A stretch of 64,000 bases of DNA from Alicyclobacillus sp. (GTDB lineage: Bacteria > Bacillota > Bacilli > Alicyclobacillales > Alicyclobacillaceae): NCBI RefSeq assembly GCF_023511815.1, contig NZ_JAIMAV010000002.1:7352-71351 (forward strand), in the 5' to 3' direction. Below are positions 37,400 to 45,932 of the stretch, in pieces (within the stretch, counting starts at the first letter, position 1; each line of letters starts with the position of its first letter). Position numbers and translations under genes: made by a program. The notes under the pieces were generated by a model. That model had not been told where the DNA came from. It saw only the letters and a program-made list of their open reading frames with translations, and made no database searches.

Positions 37400-38578
37400 T
37401 CAAGCCCGCACGAACAGCCCCCCGATGTCCGCCAGCCAGCGCAGCTTGCTGCCGGTCTTCAACCAGGCGGCGATCCGGCCCCGCACCCGGCGCTTCTTCT
37501 CGCCCACCATTCCGATGGCGTCCCTGCGGCCCAAGGACGCCAGGGTTCCCGCGAGGTGCGGCTCAAAGGGTTCCAGAGAGCCTCCCTTGATGCAGGCGTA
37601 CAGCTGCTGTCCGACATGTGCCCCCATCTGGCCGGCCAATTGCGCCGTCGGCGGGAAGGGGCGTCCGTCCGGCCCCATCCACACCGCGCTGTCGCCGATG
37701 ACGAACACGTCCTTGTGGCTGGTGGACTGCAGATACTCGTTGATGAGCGCACGTCCCCGCCGCTCGACGGCCAGGCCGGAGTTCGCCACCAGGCTGTGCC
37801 CCCGCACACCGCCCGTCCAGATCATCGTGCGGGTTTCAATCTGGTCTCCATTCTTCAAGTGAACGATGCCGTCGTCCATCTGCACGACCGGCTGACCGGT
37901 GAGGAAGGTCACCCCGCGTTCCTCGAGGCTCTGCCGGGCCCGGGCGACCAAATCCTCCGGAAATCCGGGCAGAATGGTGGGCATCGCCTCCACACAGAAC
38001 AGTCTCACATCGCCACGGTCTATCCCCAGGCGCGCGCACCATCCCGGCATGGCGTCGGCCAGTTCTCCCACCAGTTCGATGCCGGTCAGGCCGCCCCCGC
38101 CGACGACAAACGTCGCGTCCGCGCGGTCCTTCGTCTGCCGGTACGACTCCAGGCACCGTTCCACGTGCGCCCGGATGCGGTTGGCGTCGTCCACCGACTT
38201 GAGGGTGAAGCTGTTCTCCCGCAGCCCCGGAATGCCGAAGTACTCCGTCTCGCTGCCGAGGGCCACCACCAGGTAATCGTACGAAAGCGTGGTCCCGCCG
38301 GACAGATCCACCGCGTGGTCATCCGGCCGGATGGCGGTCACCTCTCCAATCCAGAGATCGATGTTCTTTTTACCGAGCAACCGGTCGAGCGGAAGCTGGA
38401 CATGGCGGTCCTCCACCGCGCCCGCCGCCGGCAGGTGCAGCTCGGTGATCAGCTGGTGATACGGCACCCGGTTCACCACGGTGATACGCGCCGCCTCCGC
38501 GGTGAGCATCCGCCTCGCCTCCAGCGCGGCCTGCAACCCCGCGTAGCCCGCGCCGAGCACCACCACATGTTTGCTCAT
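37400..38578 (-). CDS. ndh: Type II NADH dehydrogenase (NAD(P)/FAD-dependent oxidoreductase)
   Basis: VVVLGAGYAG and VVGGGLTGIE dinucleotide-binding motifs plus VFVIGD. ATG at 38578. Confidence 0.9.
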   Translation of the reverse strand: MSKHVVVLGAGYAGLQAALEARRMLTAEAARITVVNRVPYHQLITELHLPAAGAVEDRHVQLPLDRLLGKKNIDLWIGEVTAIRPDDHAVDLSGGTTLSYDYLVVALGSETEYFGIPGLRENSFTLKSVDDANRIRAHVERCLESYRQTKDRADATFVVGGGGLTGIELVGELADAMPGWCARLGIDRGDVRLFCVEAMPTILPGFPEDLVARARQSLEERGVTFLTGQPVVQMDDGIVHLKNGDQIETRTMIWTGGVRGHSLVANSGLAVERRGRALINEYLQSTSHKDVFVIGDSAVWMGPDGRPFPPTAQLAGQMGAHVGQQLYACIKGGSLEPFEPHLAGTLASLGRRDAIGMVGEKKRRVRGRIAAWLKTGSKLRWLADIGGLFVRA

Positions 38579-38736
38579 GTTCTCCACTCCCTCTGTCTTC
38601 TACCGCGGATCGAGCACGCCCCGAACGGCCGCGGCGAAGTCTTTGCCGCGACGCGCGCGGGATCGCGCCTTCACATCCCTCCTCATCTTACCAGGGTGCC
38701 TTGGCAAGTCAATGACGGTCCGCACGGTCCAGCCGG

Positions 38737-38764
38737 TTGAAAAATTCAAGGGGACTGGTATATC
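38737..38764 (+). promoter_or_regulatory. SigA-type promoter candidate for the ferredoxin gene (-35 TTGAAA, 16 bp, -10 TATATC)
   Basis: AT-rich island about 45 nt upstream of the GTG at 38810. Confidence 0.4.
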
Positions 38765-38809
38765 ATGAAACTAGTTTGTTACTTCATCCTGTGTGAGGAG
38801 GAGACCCGC

Positions 38810-39046
38810 GTGGCATTCGTCATCACCTCGCCTTGCATCGGCGAAAAGGCCGCTGATTGTGTGGAAACCTGCCCGGTGGACGCGATTCACGAAGGGGAAG
38901 ATCAGTACTACATTGATCCGGACACCTGCATCGACTGCGGCGCCTGCGAGCCGGTGTGCCCGGTGTCGGCCATCTACCAAGAGGACTTCGTGCCCGAAGA
39001 GGAGAAGTCGTTCATCGAGAAGAACCGCAACTTCTTCCGCAAATAA
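38810..39046 (+). CDS. 7Fe-type ferredoxin ([3Fe-4S][4Fe-4S])
   Basis: CIGEKAADCVETCP and CIDCGACEPVCP cluster motifs. GTG after GAGGAGGAG. Confidence 0.9.
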   Translation: MAFVITSPCIGEKAADCVETCPVDAIHEGEDQYYIDPDTCIDCGACEPVCPVSAIYQEDFVPEEEKSFIEKNRNFFRK

Positions 39047-39080
39047 GTCCACGTCGGGGCTCTCCCCTGATTCGGCAACA

Positions 39081-39114
39081 ACGACCCGCGGCCGCCTGCC
39101 GCGGGTCGTTTGAT
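39081..39114 (+). terminator. Rho-independent terminator after the ferredoxin gene (11-bp arms ACGACCCGCGG / CCGCGGGTCGT then TTTG)
   Basis: Read directly from the sequence, 35 nt after the stop. Confidence 0.7.
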
Positions 39115-39195
39115 GTCCCCCATATGGGCGCTCCAGTGTGTGACGCCGGGCTTCGACCGCCGGACCCGCCTGCCGCGGGTCGTTTGATGTCCCCC
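39092..39195. repeat. 30-nt direct repeat CCGCCTGCCGCGGGTCGTTTGATGTCCCCC x2 (74-nt period); the terminator distal arm plus tail is duplicated
   Basis: Exact copies at 39092-39121 and 39166-39195. Confidence 0.75.
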
Positions 39196-39291
39196 GTGCG
39201 GGCGCGAGGGTCCGCGCGGCATCCAGGGGACGTGCCGCGGCGCGCGCCGCAAGACGACGGGCGGGTATAAGACGGCGAGGATGCACGCGCG

Positions 39292-40581
39292 TCAGCCGCG
39301 GGACCGGATCCGCCAACCGCCCAGGCCGCCTGCGCGCTCCGCCCGCCCCACACCCCCCCGGTCTTCGCGCGGTGCGCCTTGACGAGCGCTCTTTCGCAGC
39401 AGAACCCACGTCCCGATTTGGACAAATCCCAGGACACAGGCGAACACGCCAATCCCCCGGGCGGACGGGTTCGTGGCCGACAGGGCGATGAACGCCGCAA
39501 TCCCCGCGACGCGCCCGATGTTCTCGAACACCTCGCGGAGAATGACGTGCTCCGCCTGCGTGCCGTCCTCCCCCGCCACGCGGCTCACGCCGTCGAAGAT
39601 GGTGCCCTGCAGCGGAACCAGGAACATCGGCAGGCAGACGGCGATGGCCGCACCGTATACGACGATGAGGCCCGCGGTGACCGGGCGAAGAAACAGAAGA
39701 GCGGCCGCCGCCATGCACAGGCTTCCCACCAGGCACACCCCCAGGCGGTTGTTCTCGTTGACCCAGCGGCTGACGAGAAAAAACGACACCGCCGAGAGCG
39801 CCCCTTGCAACAGCAGAAACTCGCCCAGGCGCATCTCGCTTCCGGTCGCCACGTACATCAGAAGCCCGATGAGAAACAGGAACACCCCTTCGCGCAGGCC
39901 GTACACCAGACAACCGAACAGGATGAGCCGCCAAAAGGGGGTGCGCATCGCCCGGTTCCAGGCAGTTCGGAGGCGCAGCCGGCCCGGATCGAACCTGGCC
40001 CGCAGAAACCCGCTGAACACCGTCGCCACGACGAACAACCCGAGCGAGAGTGCGAAGATCACATGATACCCGGTCAGCCCGCCCAGCCGGTCCTCGATGG
40101 TGATGAGATACCCGGCCACGGGCGGCGCGACGATTCCGGCCAGGGCCCCCATTACGCCGTTGAGGCCGTAGAACCGTTCCCGGGCACCCGTCTTGGTCAG
40201 GCGAACGCTGAGCCAGTTGAAGGAAAACCAGTAGAAGCCGGCCGCCGTGCCCATCACGGCACCGAGCAACAACGGCAATCGCGCGATCCGCTCGCCCCCG
40301 GCGAGCGTCAGCAGGTAGAACAGCACGTGCATGATGACGCCCGCCCGCAGCGTGAACACGCCGCCGTACCGCTTGGCCGCGGCCCCGGCGGCCACGAACG
40401 CCGCGGGCATCAGGCTGTAGATGGCGAGGTTATACCAGCCAATGGCACCGTAGCGATGATCGACCTTCCACAGATACACGTTGACGAAGGTGTTTGACAG
40501 AGCCACAGACAGCGCGAACGTGCAGCTGATGGCGAGCAGCCACCGCGCTGGCGACGACAGCCGTGCGCGTGCTGGGCGCAT
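39292..40581 (-). CDS. MFS transporter
   Basis: About 12 TM segments in a 6+6 arrangement with a central basic loop. No specific subfamily recognised. Confidence 0.8.
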   Translation of the reverse strand: MRPARARLSSPARWLLAISCTFALSVALSNTFVNVYLWKVDHRYGAIGWYNLAIYSLMPAAFVAAGAAAKRYGGVFTLRAGVIMHVLFYLLTLAGGERIARLPLLLGAVMGTAAGFYWFSFNWLSVRLTKTGARERFYGLNGVMGALAGIVAPPVAGYLITIEDRLGGLTGYHVIFALSLGLFVVATVFSGFLRARFDPGRLRLRTAWNRAMRTPFWRLILFGCLVYGLREGVFLFLIGLLMYVATGSEMRLGEFLLLQGALSAVSFFLVSRWVNENNRLGVCLVGSLCMAAAALLFLRPVTAGLIVVYGAAIAVCLPMFLVPLQGTIFDGVSRVAGEDGTQAEHVILREVFENIGRVAGIAAFIALSATNPSARGIGVFACVLGFVQIGTWVLLRKSARQGAPREDRGGVGRAERAGGLGGWRIRSRG

Positions 40582-40606
40582 TCCATCCCCTCCTTGCGCG
40601 TTGCGG

Positions 40607-41104
40607 TCACATCGCGGGCGGCGGCAATACCGGCGCGGCCGTGGCGGAACGATCGGCCATCACCGGCTCGGCGAACCGCAGGACCTCATCCCCTGCGCGA
40701 AAGTATTGTTTGCCGGCGGGATCGAACAAAAGTCCGTCCCGGGTCAATTCCAGCACGCGGTCCGCCCGCCCGGTGCGGCCGTACAACACCAGCACGCCGG
40801 CGATCTCCCGGCTCCCCGTGCGCACCTGAACCTGCGGGGCATCCCCCATGGCCCGCATCAAGGCCTGAAAGGCGTCGCCGTCGCTCCAGCGCCGCACCGC
40901 CACCGGCCACCGGTCCCCCAGGTTTCGAAACAGCTGGACCGAACCCTCCGCCTCCAGGGACAGGTGGCACACGCTTCCAAGCGTCGGAACGGGTTCGGCC
41001 GCCGATACCCGCGCGCCCGGCGACAGGGTCAGCGTGGTGCTGGTCAGGCACAGCAACAGGGCCCCGAGCGCCACGCCCGTCCGCATCCGATCCAGGTACC
41101 GCAT
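40607..41104 (-). CDS. Secreted hypothetical protein
   Basis: ATG at 41104 after GAGGGGGTG. Signal peptide (ALGALLLCLTS...VSAAEP). Confidence 0.55.
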   Translation of the reverse strand: MRYLDRMRTGVALGALLLCLTSTTLTLSPGARVSAAEPVPTLGSVCHLSLEAEGSVQLFRNLGDRWPVAVRRWSDGDAFQALMRAMGDAPQVQVRTGSREIAGVLVLYGRTGRADRVLELTRDGLLFDPAGKQYFRAGDEVLRFAEPVMADRSATAAPVLPPPAM

Positions 41105-41195
41105 CGCCTCATCACCCCCTCGCCATGGGGACACTGGACAACCCATCCCGGATTGCCATCCGCGCGTAGTGTACCCGAGTTGCCACAGCCCAACA

Positions 41196-41251
41196 CGGAA
41201 AGGGGCGCGGTCGCGGCGGCTCTTGATTTCGAGCCATCGCGCCCGCGCCCC
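41196..41251 (-). terminator. Long GC hairpin (14-bp arms, one mismatch) followed by TTTCC on the minus strand, downstream of icmF
   Basis: Arms at 41202-41215 and 41238-41251, read directly from the sequence. Confidence 0.5.
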
Positions 41252-41328
41252 CATCGCCATGAGGATTGGCGGACCTTCCACGGAGAGATTCGCGATCCCG
41301 CACGGGGCATCGGCGCCCCCGTCCTGGG

Positions 41329-44300
41329 CTACATGTTCCGCCGGTACTGCCCCCCGACCTCGTACAGCGCGTGGGTGATCTGCCCGAGGCTCGCCACGCG
41401 CACCGTTTCCATCAATTCGGCGAAGATGTTGCCGCCGCTTCGCGCCACCTGCTTGAGACGGGCGAGTGCCGCCGGCGCCTCGGCGGCGTGCGCCGCCTGG
41501 AACGCGCGCAGGTTCCGCAGCTGAAGGTCCTTCTCCTCCTTCGAGGCCCGGGCCAGCTCAATCTTCGGCGGGACGTAGTTCGGATCGAGCGTCTTGGGAT
41601 TGATGAAGGTGTTCACGCCGATGATGGGGAGTTTCCCCGAGTGCTTCAGATGCTCGTAGTACAGCGACTCCTCCTGGATCTTGCTGCGCTGATACTGCGT
41701 CTCCATCGCCCCGAGGACGCCGCCCCGGTCGTTCAGGCGCAGGAACTCCTCCAGGACCGCCTCCTCCACCAGGTCGGTCAGCTCCTCGATGATGAACGAC
41801 CCCTGCAGCGGGTTCTCGTTTTTCGCGAGGCCGAATTCGCGGTTGATGATCATCTGAATCGCCATCGCCCGGCGGACGGACTCCTCGGTCGGCGTCGTGA
41901 TGGCCTCATCGTACGCATTCGTGTGCAGAGAGTTGCAGTTGTCGTAGATGGCGATGAGCGCCTGCAGCGTCGTCCGGATGTCGTTGAAGTCAATCTCCTG
42001 CGCGTGCAGTGAACGGCCCGACGTCTGGATGTGGTACTTCAACTTCTGGCTGCGCTCGTTGCCGCCGTACAGGTGCTTCATCGCCACCGCCCAGATCCGG
42101 CGGGCGACGCGGCCAATCACACTGTACTCTGGGTCCATGCCGTTGCTGAAGAAAAACGACAGGTTCGGCGCGAACTCGTCGATCTTCATCCCGCGGCTGA
42201 GATAGTACTCCACATAGGTGAAGGCGTTGGCCAGGGTGAACGCCAGCTGCGTGATGGGATTCGCCCCCGCCTCCGCAATGTGGTATCCGCTGATGCTCAC
42301 CGAGTAGTAGTTGCGCACCTTGTGATCGATGAAGTACTGCTGGATGTCCCCCATCATCCGCAGGGCAAACTCCGTCGAGAAGATGCACGTGTTCTGGCCC
42401 TGGTCCTCCTTGAGGATGTCCGCCTGAACCGTGCCGCGCACCGTCTGCAGCGTTCGCTCCCGGATGGCGCGGTACTCCTCCTGTGTCGGTTTGCGGCCCG
42501 TCTCCCGTTCAAACTTCTCGACCTGCTGATCGATCGCGGTGTTCAGATACATCGCCAGGATGATGGGCGCGGGCCCGTTGATGGTCATCGAGACGCTGGT
42601 GTTGGGCGCGCAGAGATCGAATCCGGCGTACAGCTTCTTCATGTCGTCGAGCGTGCACACCGACACCCCGCTCTCGCCGACCTTGCCATAGATGTCCGGC
42701 CGTTCGTCCGGGTCCTCCCCGTACAGGGTGACGCTGTCAAACGCGGTGGACAAGCGCTTGGCGGGATCGTTCTGGGAAAGGAAGTGGAACCTCCGATTGG
42801 TGCGCTCCGGCGTCCCCTCCCCCGCGAACTGGCGGCGCGGCTCCTCCTCCGTGCGCTTCAAGGGGAATACGCCGGCGGTGAACGGGAACTCGCCCGGCAC
42901 GTTCTCCTTCATCGACCAGCGCACAATCTCGCCCCAGTCCTGGAACTTCGGCAGCACCACGCGCGGAATGCGCGTGCCCGACAACGACGTGGTGTACAGC
43001 GGCTGGCGGATCTCCTTATCGCGGACCTTCGTCACGAATTCATCGGCCTGGTACCGGCGCACCTTCTCCGGCCACGACTCGAGAAGGCGCCTCGTCTCTG
43101 GGTCGAGCTCGGCCCACGCCTTCTCGCGCAAGGCCTCGAGCGCCCGGCGCGCCGCATCCCGGTCCGCGTCACCGCCCGATCCCGCCGCAGCGACCCCGCT
43201 TTGGGCATCCGCCGCGCCCTCCGTCCGCACCGCTTCCAAGGCGCCCTGCAGCTGGTATGCCCGCCGCGCCTTTTCCGCCTCCTCCTCGACCCGATTTCGG
43301 TACGCGCGCACGGTGCGCACCACGTCGAGAAGATACTGCGACCGCTCGCCCGGGATGATGGCCCGCTTTCGCTCGGACGCATCCGCCACCGGATAGGTGC
43401 TCTCCCAGGCCGTTTTGCAGCGTTCATTGATCACGCGGATGAGCGCTTTGTACAAAACGTCCGTCCCCGGGTCACCGAACTGGCTCGCGATGGTCCCGTA
43501 CACCGGCATCTCTTCCAACGGCCGGTCAAACCAACCGCGGTTGCGCTGCACCTGCTTGCGCACATGGCGCAGGGCGTCCTCGGAACCGCGGCGATCGAAC
43601 TTGTTGATGGCCACCAGATCCGCGTAATCGAGCATGTCAATTTTCTCGAGCTGCGAGGGCGCGCCGAACTCCGCCGTCATCACGTACAGCGACACGTCGG
43701 CCACGGACACGATGTCCGCGTCCCCCTGGCCGATCCCGCTGGTCTCCACCACCACCAGGTCGAACCCGGCCGCCTTGGCGATGTCGATGGCCTCGCGGAT
43801 GGCGCCCGACAGTTCACTGCGCGAGCGCCGCGTCGCGAGGCTGCGCATGTACACGCGCGGATTGTGGATGGCGTTCATCCGGATGCGGTCGCCGAGCAGC
43901 GCTCCACCCGTCTTCTGGCGGGATGGATCAATGGAAAAGATGGCGATCCGCTTTTCCGGGAAATCCTCGAGGAACCGCCGGACCATCTCGTCGGTGAGCG
44001 AAGACTTCCCGGCCCCGCCGGTCCCGGTGATCCCGACGACGGGCACGGGCCGCACCGCCGTCCGGTCGGCCGCCCGCCTCCGGATCTCATCGATCACGCG
44101 CGCATGCAGGCCCTCATCCTCTCCCGGCTGTTCCACGAAAGTCACGAGACGGGCGATGGCGCGGGGATCCGCGTGCTGGAGCGCGGAGAGCGCCTCCTCC
44201 ACCGGCAGCGGGTTCTCCGTTTGTTCGCAGACCCGGACCATGTGATTGATCATCCCCTGCAGGCCCATTCGGCGACCGTCGTCCGGCGAGAAGATCTTGT

Positions 44301-44760
44301 CGACGCCGTAGGCCTCGAGCTCCCGGATCTCCTCCGGGATGATCACGCCGCCGCCGCCCCCGAAGACGCGGATGTGGCCCACGCCGCGCTCGCGCAGGAG
44401 ATCGACCATATATTTGAAGAATTCCATGTGCCCGCCCTGATACGAGCTCACCGCCACACCGTGCGCGTCCTCCTGGATGGCCGCGCTGACAATCTCGTCG
44501 ACGCTGCGGTTGTGCCCGAGGTGGATCACCTCGGCGCCGGTGGACTGAAGGATCCGCCGCATGATGTTGATGGCGGCGTCATGGCCGTCGAACAGGCTCG
44601 ACGCGGTCACGAACCGGACGGGCCGCCGCGGGCGGTGCGGCTCCTTCTCCTGCGTATCTGCCCACGGATTGGCGTCCGTCCGCCCCGGCGCCCTGGCGTC
44701 CGTTTGTGAAGCGCTTTCATCCCGGGTCTGAACCGGCCGTTCGGTCAAATTGGTGGACAT
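41329..44760 (-). CDS. icmF: Fused isobutyryl-CoA mutase IcmF (B12-binding domain + MeaB-like GTPase + mutase barrel)
   Basis: N-terminal [10 protein letters not shown] (B12-binding DxHxxG), central [13 protein letters not shown]-loop, C-terminal methylmalonyl-CoA-mutase-like region. 1143 aa from the ATG at 44760. Confidence 0.92.
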   Translation of the reverse strand: MSTNLTERPVQTRDESASQTDARAPGRTDANPWADTQEKEPHRPRRPVRFVTASSLFDGHDAAINIMRRILQSTGAEVIHLGHNRSVDEIVSAAIQEDAHGVAVSSYQGGHMEFFKYMVDLLRERGVGHIRVFGGGGGVIIPEEIRELEAYGVDKIFSPDDGRRMGLQGMINHMVRVCEQTENPLPVEEALSALQHADPRAIARLVTFVEQPGEDEGLHARVIDEIRRRAADRTAVRPVPVVGITGTGGAGKSSLTDEMVRRFLEDFPEKRIAIFSIDPSRQKTGGALLGDRIRMNAIHNPRVYMRSLATRRSRSELSGAIREAIDIAKAAGFDLVVVETSGIGQGDADIVSVADVSLYVMTAEFGAPSQLEKIDMLDYADLVAINKFDRRGSEDALRHVRKQVQRNRGWFDRPLEEMPVYGTIASQFGDPGTDVLYKALIRVINERCKTAWESTYPVADASERKRAIIPGERSQYLLDVVRTVRAYRNRVEEEAEKARRAYQLQGALEAVRTEGAADAQSGVAAAGSGGDADRDAARRALEALREKAWAELDPETRRLLESWPEKVRRYQADEFVTKVRDKEIRQPLYTTSLSGTRIPRVVLPKFQDWGEIVRWSMKENVPGEFPFTAGVFPLKRTEEEPRRQFAGEGTPERTNRRFHFLSQNDPAKRLSTAFDSVTLYGEDPDERPDIYGKVGESGVSVCTLDDMKKLYAGFDLCAPNTSVSMTINGPAPIILAMYLNTAIDQQVEKFERETGRKPTQEEYRAIRERTLQTVRGTVQADILKEDQGQNTCIFSTEFALRMMGDIQQYFIDHKVRNYYSVSISGYHIAEAGANPITQLAFTLANAFTYVEYYLSRGMKIDEFAPNLSFFFSNGMDPEYSVIGRVARRIWAVAMKHLYGGNERSQKLKYHIQTSGRSLHAQEIDFNDIRTTLQALIAIYDNCNSLHTNAYDEAITTPTEESVRRAMAIQMIINREFGLAKNENPLQGSFIIEELTDLVEEAVLEEFLRLNDRGGVLGAMETQYQRSKIQEESLYYEHLKHSGKLPIIGVNTFINPKTLDPNYVPPKIELARASKEEKDLQLRNLRAFQAAHAAEAPAALARLKQVARSGGNIFAELMETVRVASLGQITHALYEVGGQYRRNM

Positions 44761-44782
44761 GGTGGCCACACTCCCTCTGCAA

Positions 44783-45409
44783 TCATGCGTTGAATCGGGC
44801 TTTGCACGCCTCAAGAAGAATGTCGACCTGTTGTTCGACGAACTCGGTGAACGAAACGTCGTGGAGTCCCCAGCGGCGGAACGCCCACATCTGTCCCATC
44901 ACCACGATGTCGTGGGCGAGCAGCGGGATCTCGCGTTCGTCCGCGCCGATGGACCCGTCGGCCACTCCGGCCCGCAGCAGGTCGGCGAACACGTCCGTGA
45001 TCGCCTGCTCTTCCCGCAGCACCTCGCGCAGATACGGGGAGGGGAGGGACTTGCTCTCCTGATAGATCAGGAGGATGTCCGTCTGCATCCGCTCGATGAC
45101 CCCGTAGAACGCCCGGATGGCCTGCCGCAACCGGCCCGCGCCGGATTCGGCCGGGGACAGGCTCGCCTCCAGCTGTTCTCGCATCGCTCGATGGATGTGC
45201 TGGCAGACGAGAAAGAGGATGTCCTCCTTGCTCTTCACGTACTCGTAGACCGCGCCGTTGGAGAGCCCGCTCTCCCGCGCGATCTCGCGCGTCGTCGTCT
45301 TGTGAAACCCTTTTTCGGTGAACAGCTTCACGGCCGCCTGCACAATCTGCGCCCGCCGCTCCCGGATCCGATCCGGGTCCTTGACGTTGCTCTCAATCGT
45401 GATGGCCAC
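44783..45409 (-). CDS. TetR/AcrR family transcriptional regulator
   Basis: HTH region [36 protein letters not shown]. Ends 22 nt upstream of icmF. Confidence 0.9.
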   Translation of the reverse strand: MAITIESNVKDPDRIRERRAQIVQAAVKLFTEKGFHKTTTREIARESGLSNGAVYEYVKSKEDILFLVCQHIHRAMREQLEASLSPAESGAGRLRQAIRAFYGVIERMQTDILLIYQESKSLPSPYLREVLREEQAITDVFADLLRAGVADGSIGADEREIPLLAHDIVVMGQMWAFRRWGLHDVSFTEFVEQQVDILLEACKARFNA

Positions 45410-45428
45410 CTCGGCACCTCGTTTCCGA

Positions 45429-45444
45429 CTGAGCGCTCGCTCAG
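45429..45444. promoter_or_regulatory. Perfect palindrome CTGAGCG-CT-CGCTCAG, candidate TetR autoregulatory operator
   Basis: Lies 20 nt upstream of the TetR GTG, just downstream of a TACACT -10-like hexamer on the minus strand. Confidence 0.4.
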
Positions 45445-45484
45445 ATTCAGTGTACGGCACGGGGCGCGCCGGCGTCAACCGCAC

Positions 45485-45916
45485 CTAGCCCCAGATCCGC
45501 CGAATGGCCGCACCCAGCCACGCCCCGCAAAGGCACAGGAGCGCACCGAGGATTCCCGTGAAGAACAGCGTCGCCGCCCCGGACACCGCACCGCCGCCCA
45601 TCCCGAGGATCCCCGCGACGCGCTCGGCGAGCCGTCCCACCGGCTGACCCGCCACCGCCCGCAGGCCGAGCGGCAGCAGCCAACCGAAAAACCCGGCCAG
45701 CACCGCCGCCCCCGCCACCCGCGACGCTCCCCGCAGCCCCAACCCCAACACCGCGCCGGCGACAACGCCGGCGTACCACAGTCCAAAGTGATCCGCCAAC
45801 CACACCGCCGCCACGCCCGATGCCCCCGACAGGACCGTCACCCAACCGCTCGACGGCCGCAGACGCCTTCCGGAACGAATCTCATACACGGGCAAGGACC
45901 GCCCCAACTCCACCAC
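45485..45916 (-). CDS. Hypothetical membrane protein (3-4 TM)
   Basis: Starts just after the acylase stop, with a GGGGGG run preceding GTG. Hydrophobic Gly/Ala/Leu-rich segments. No family recognised, and a GC-driven artefact is not excluded. Confidence 0.45.
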   Translation of the reverse strand: MVELGRSLPVYEIRSGRRLRPSSGWVTVLSGASGVAAVWLADHFGLWYAGVVAGAVLGLGLRGASRVAGAAVLAGFFGWLLPLGLRAVAGQPVGRLAERVAGILGMGGGAVSGAATLFFTGILGALLCLCGAWLGAAIRRIWG

Positions 45917-45932
45917 GCACACCCCCCGGATC

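Noticed and set aside
37146-37403. 85-aa minus-strand ORF with a GGGPGKQ repeat, and overlapping plus-strand ORFs, in the ndh downstream spacer
   Set aside because: The repeats are the translation of the 26-nt DNA direct repeat. There is no RBS, the composition is extremely Gly/Pro/Arg-rich, and it overlaps a perfect terminator-like hairpin.
42031-44709. 892-aa plus-strand ORF; similar cases at 45969-48602, 24505-26838, 5329-6804, 8373-9767 and 11282-12928 on the plus strand, and 15109-16818 and 19054-21042 on the minus strand
   Set aside because: All lie opposite well-supported genes (icmF, acylase, acsA, HD, speA, aminotransferase, ftsW-like, murT). All have the low-complexity R/G/P/H/D composition of antisense frames in GC-rich DNA.
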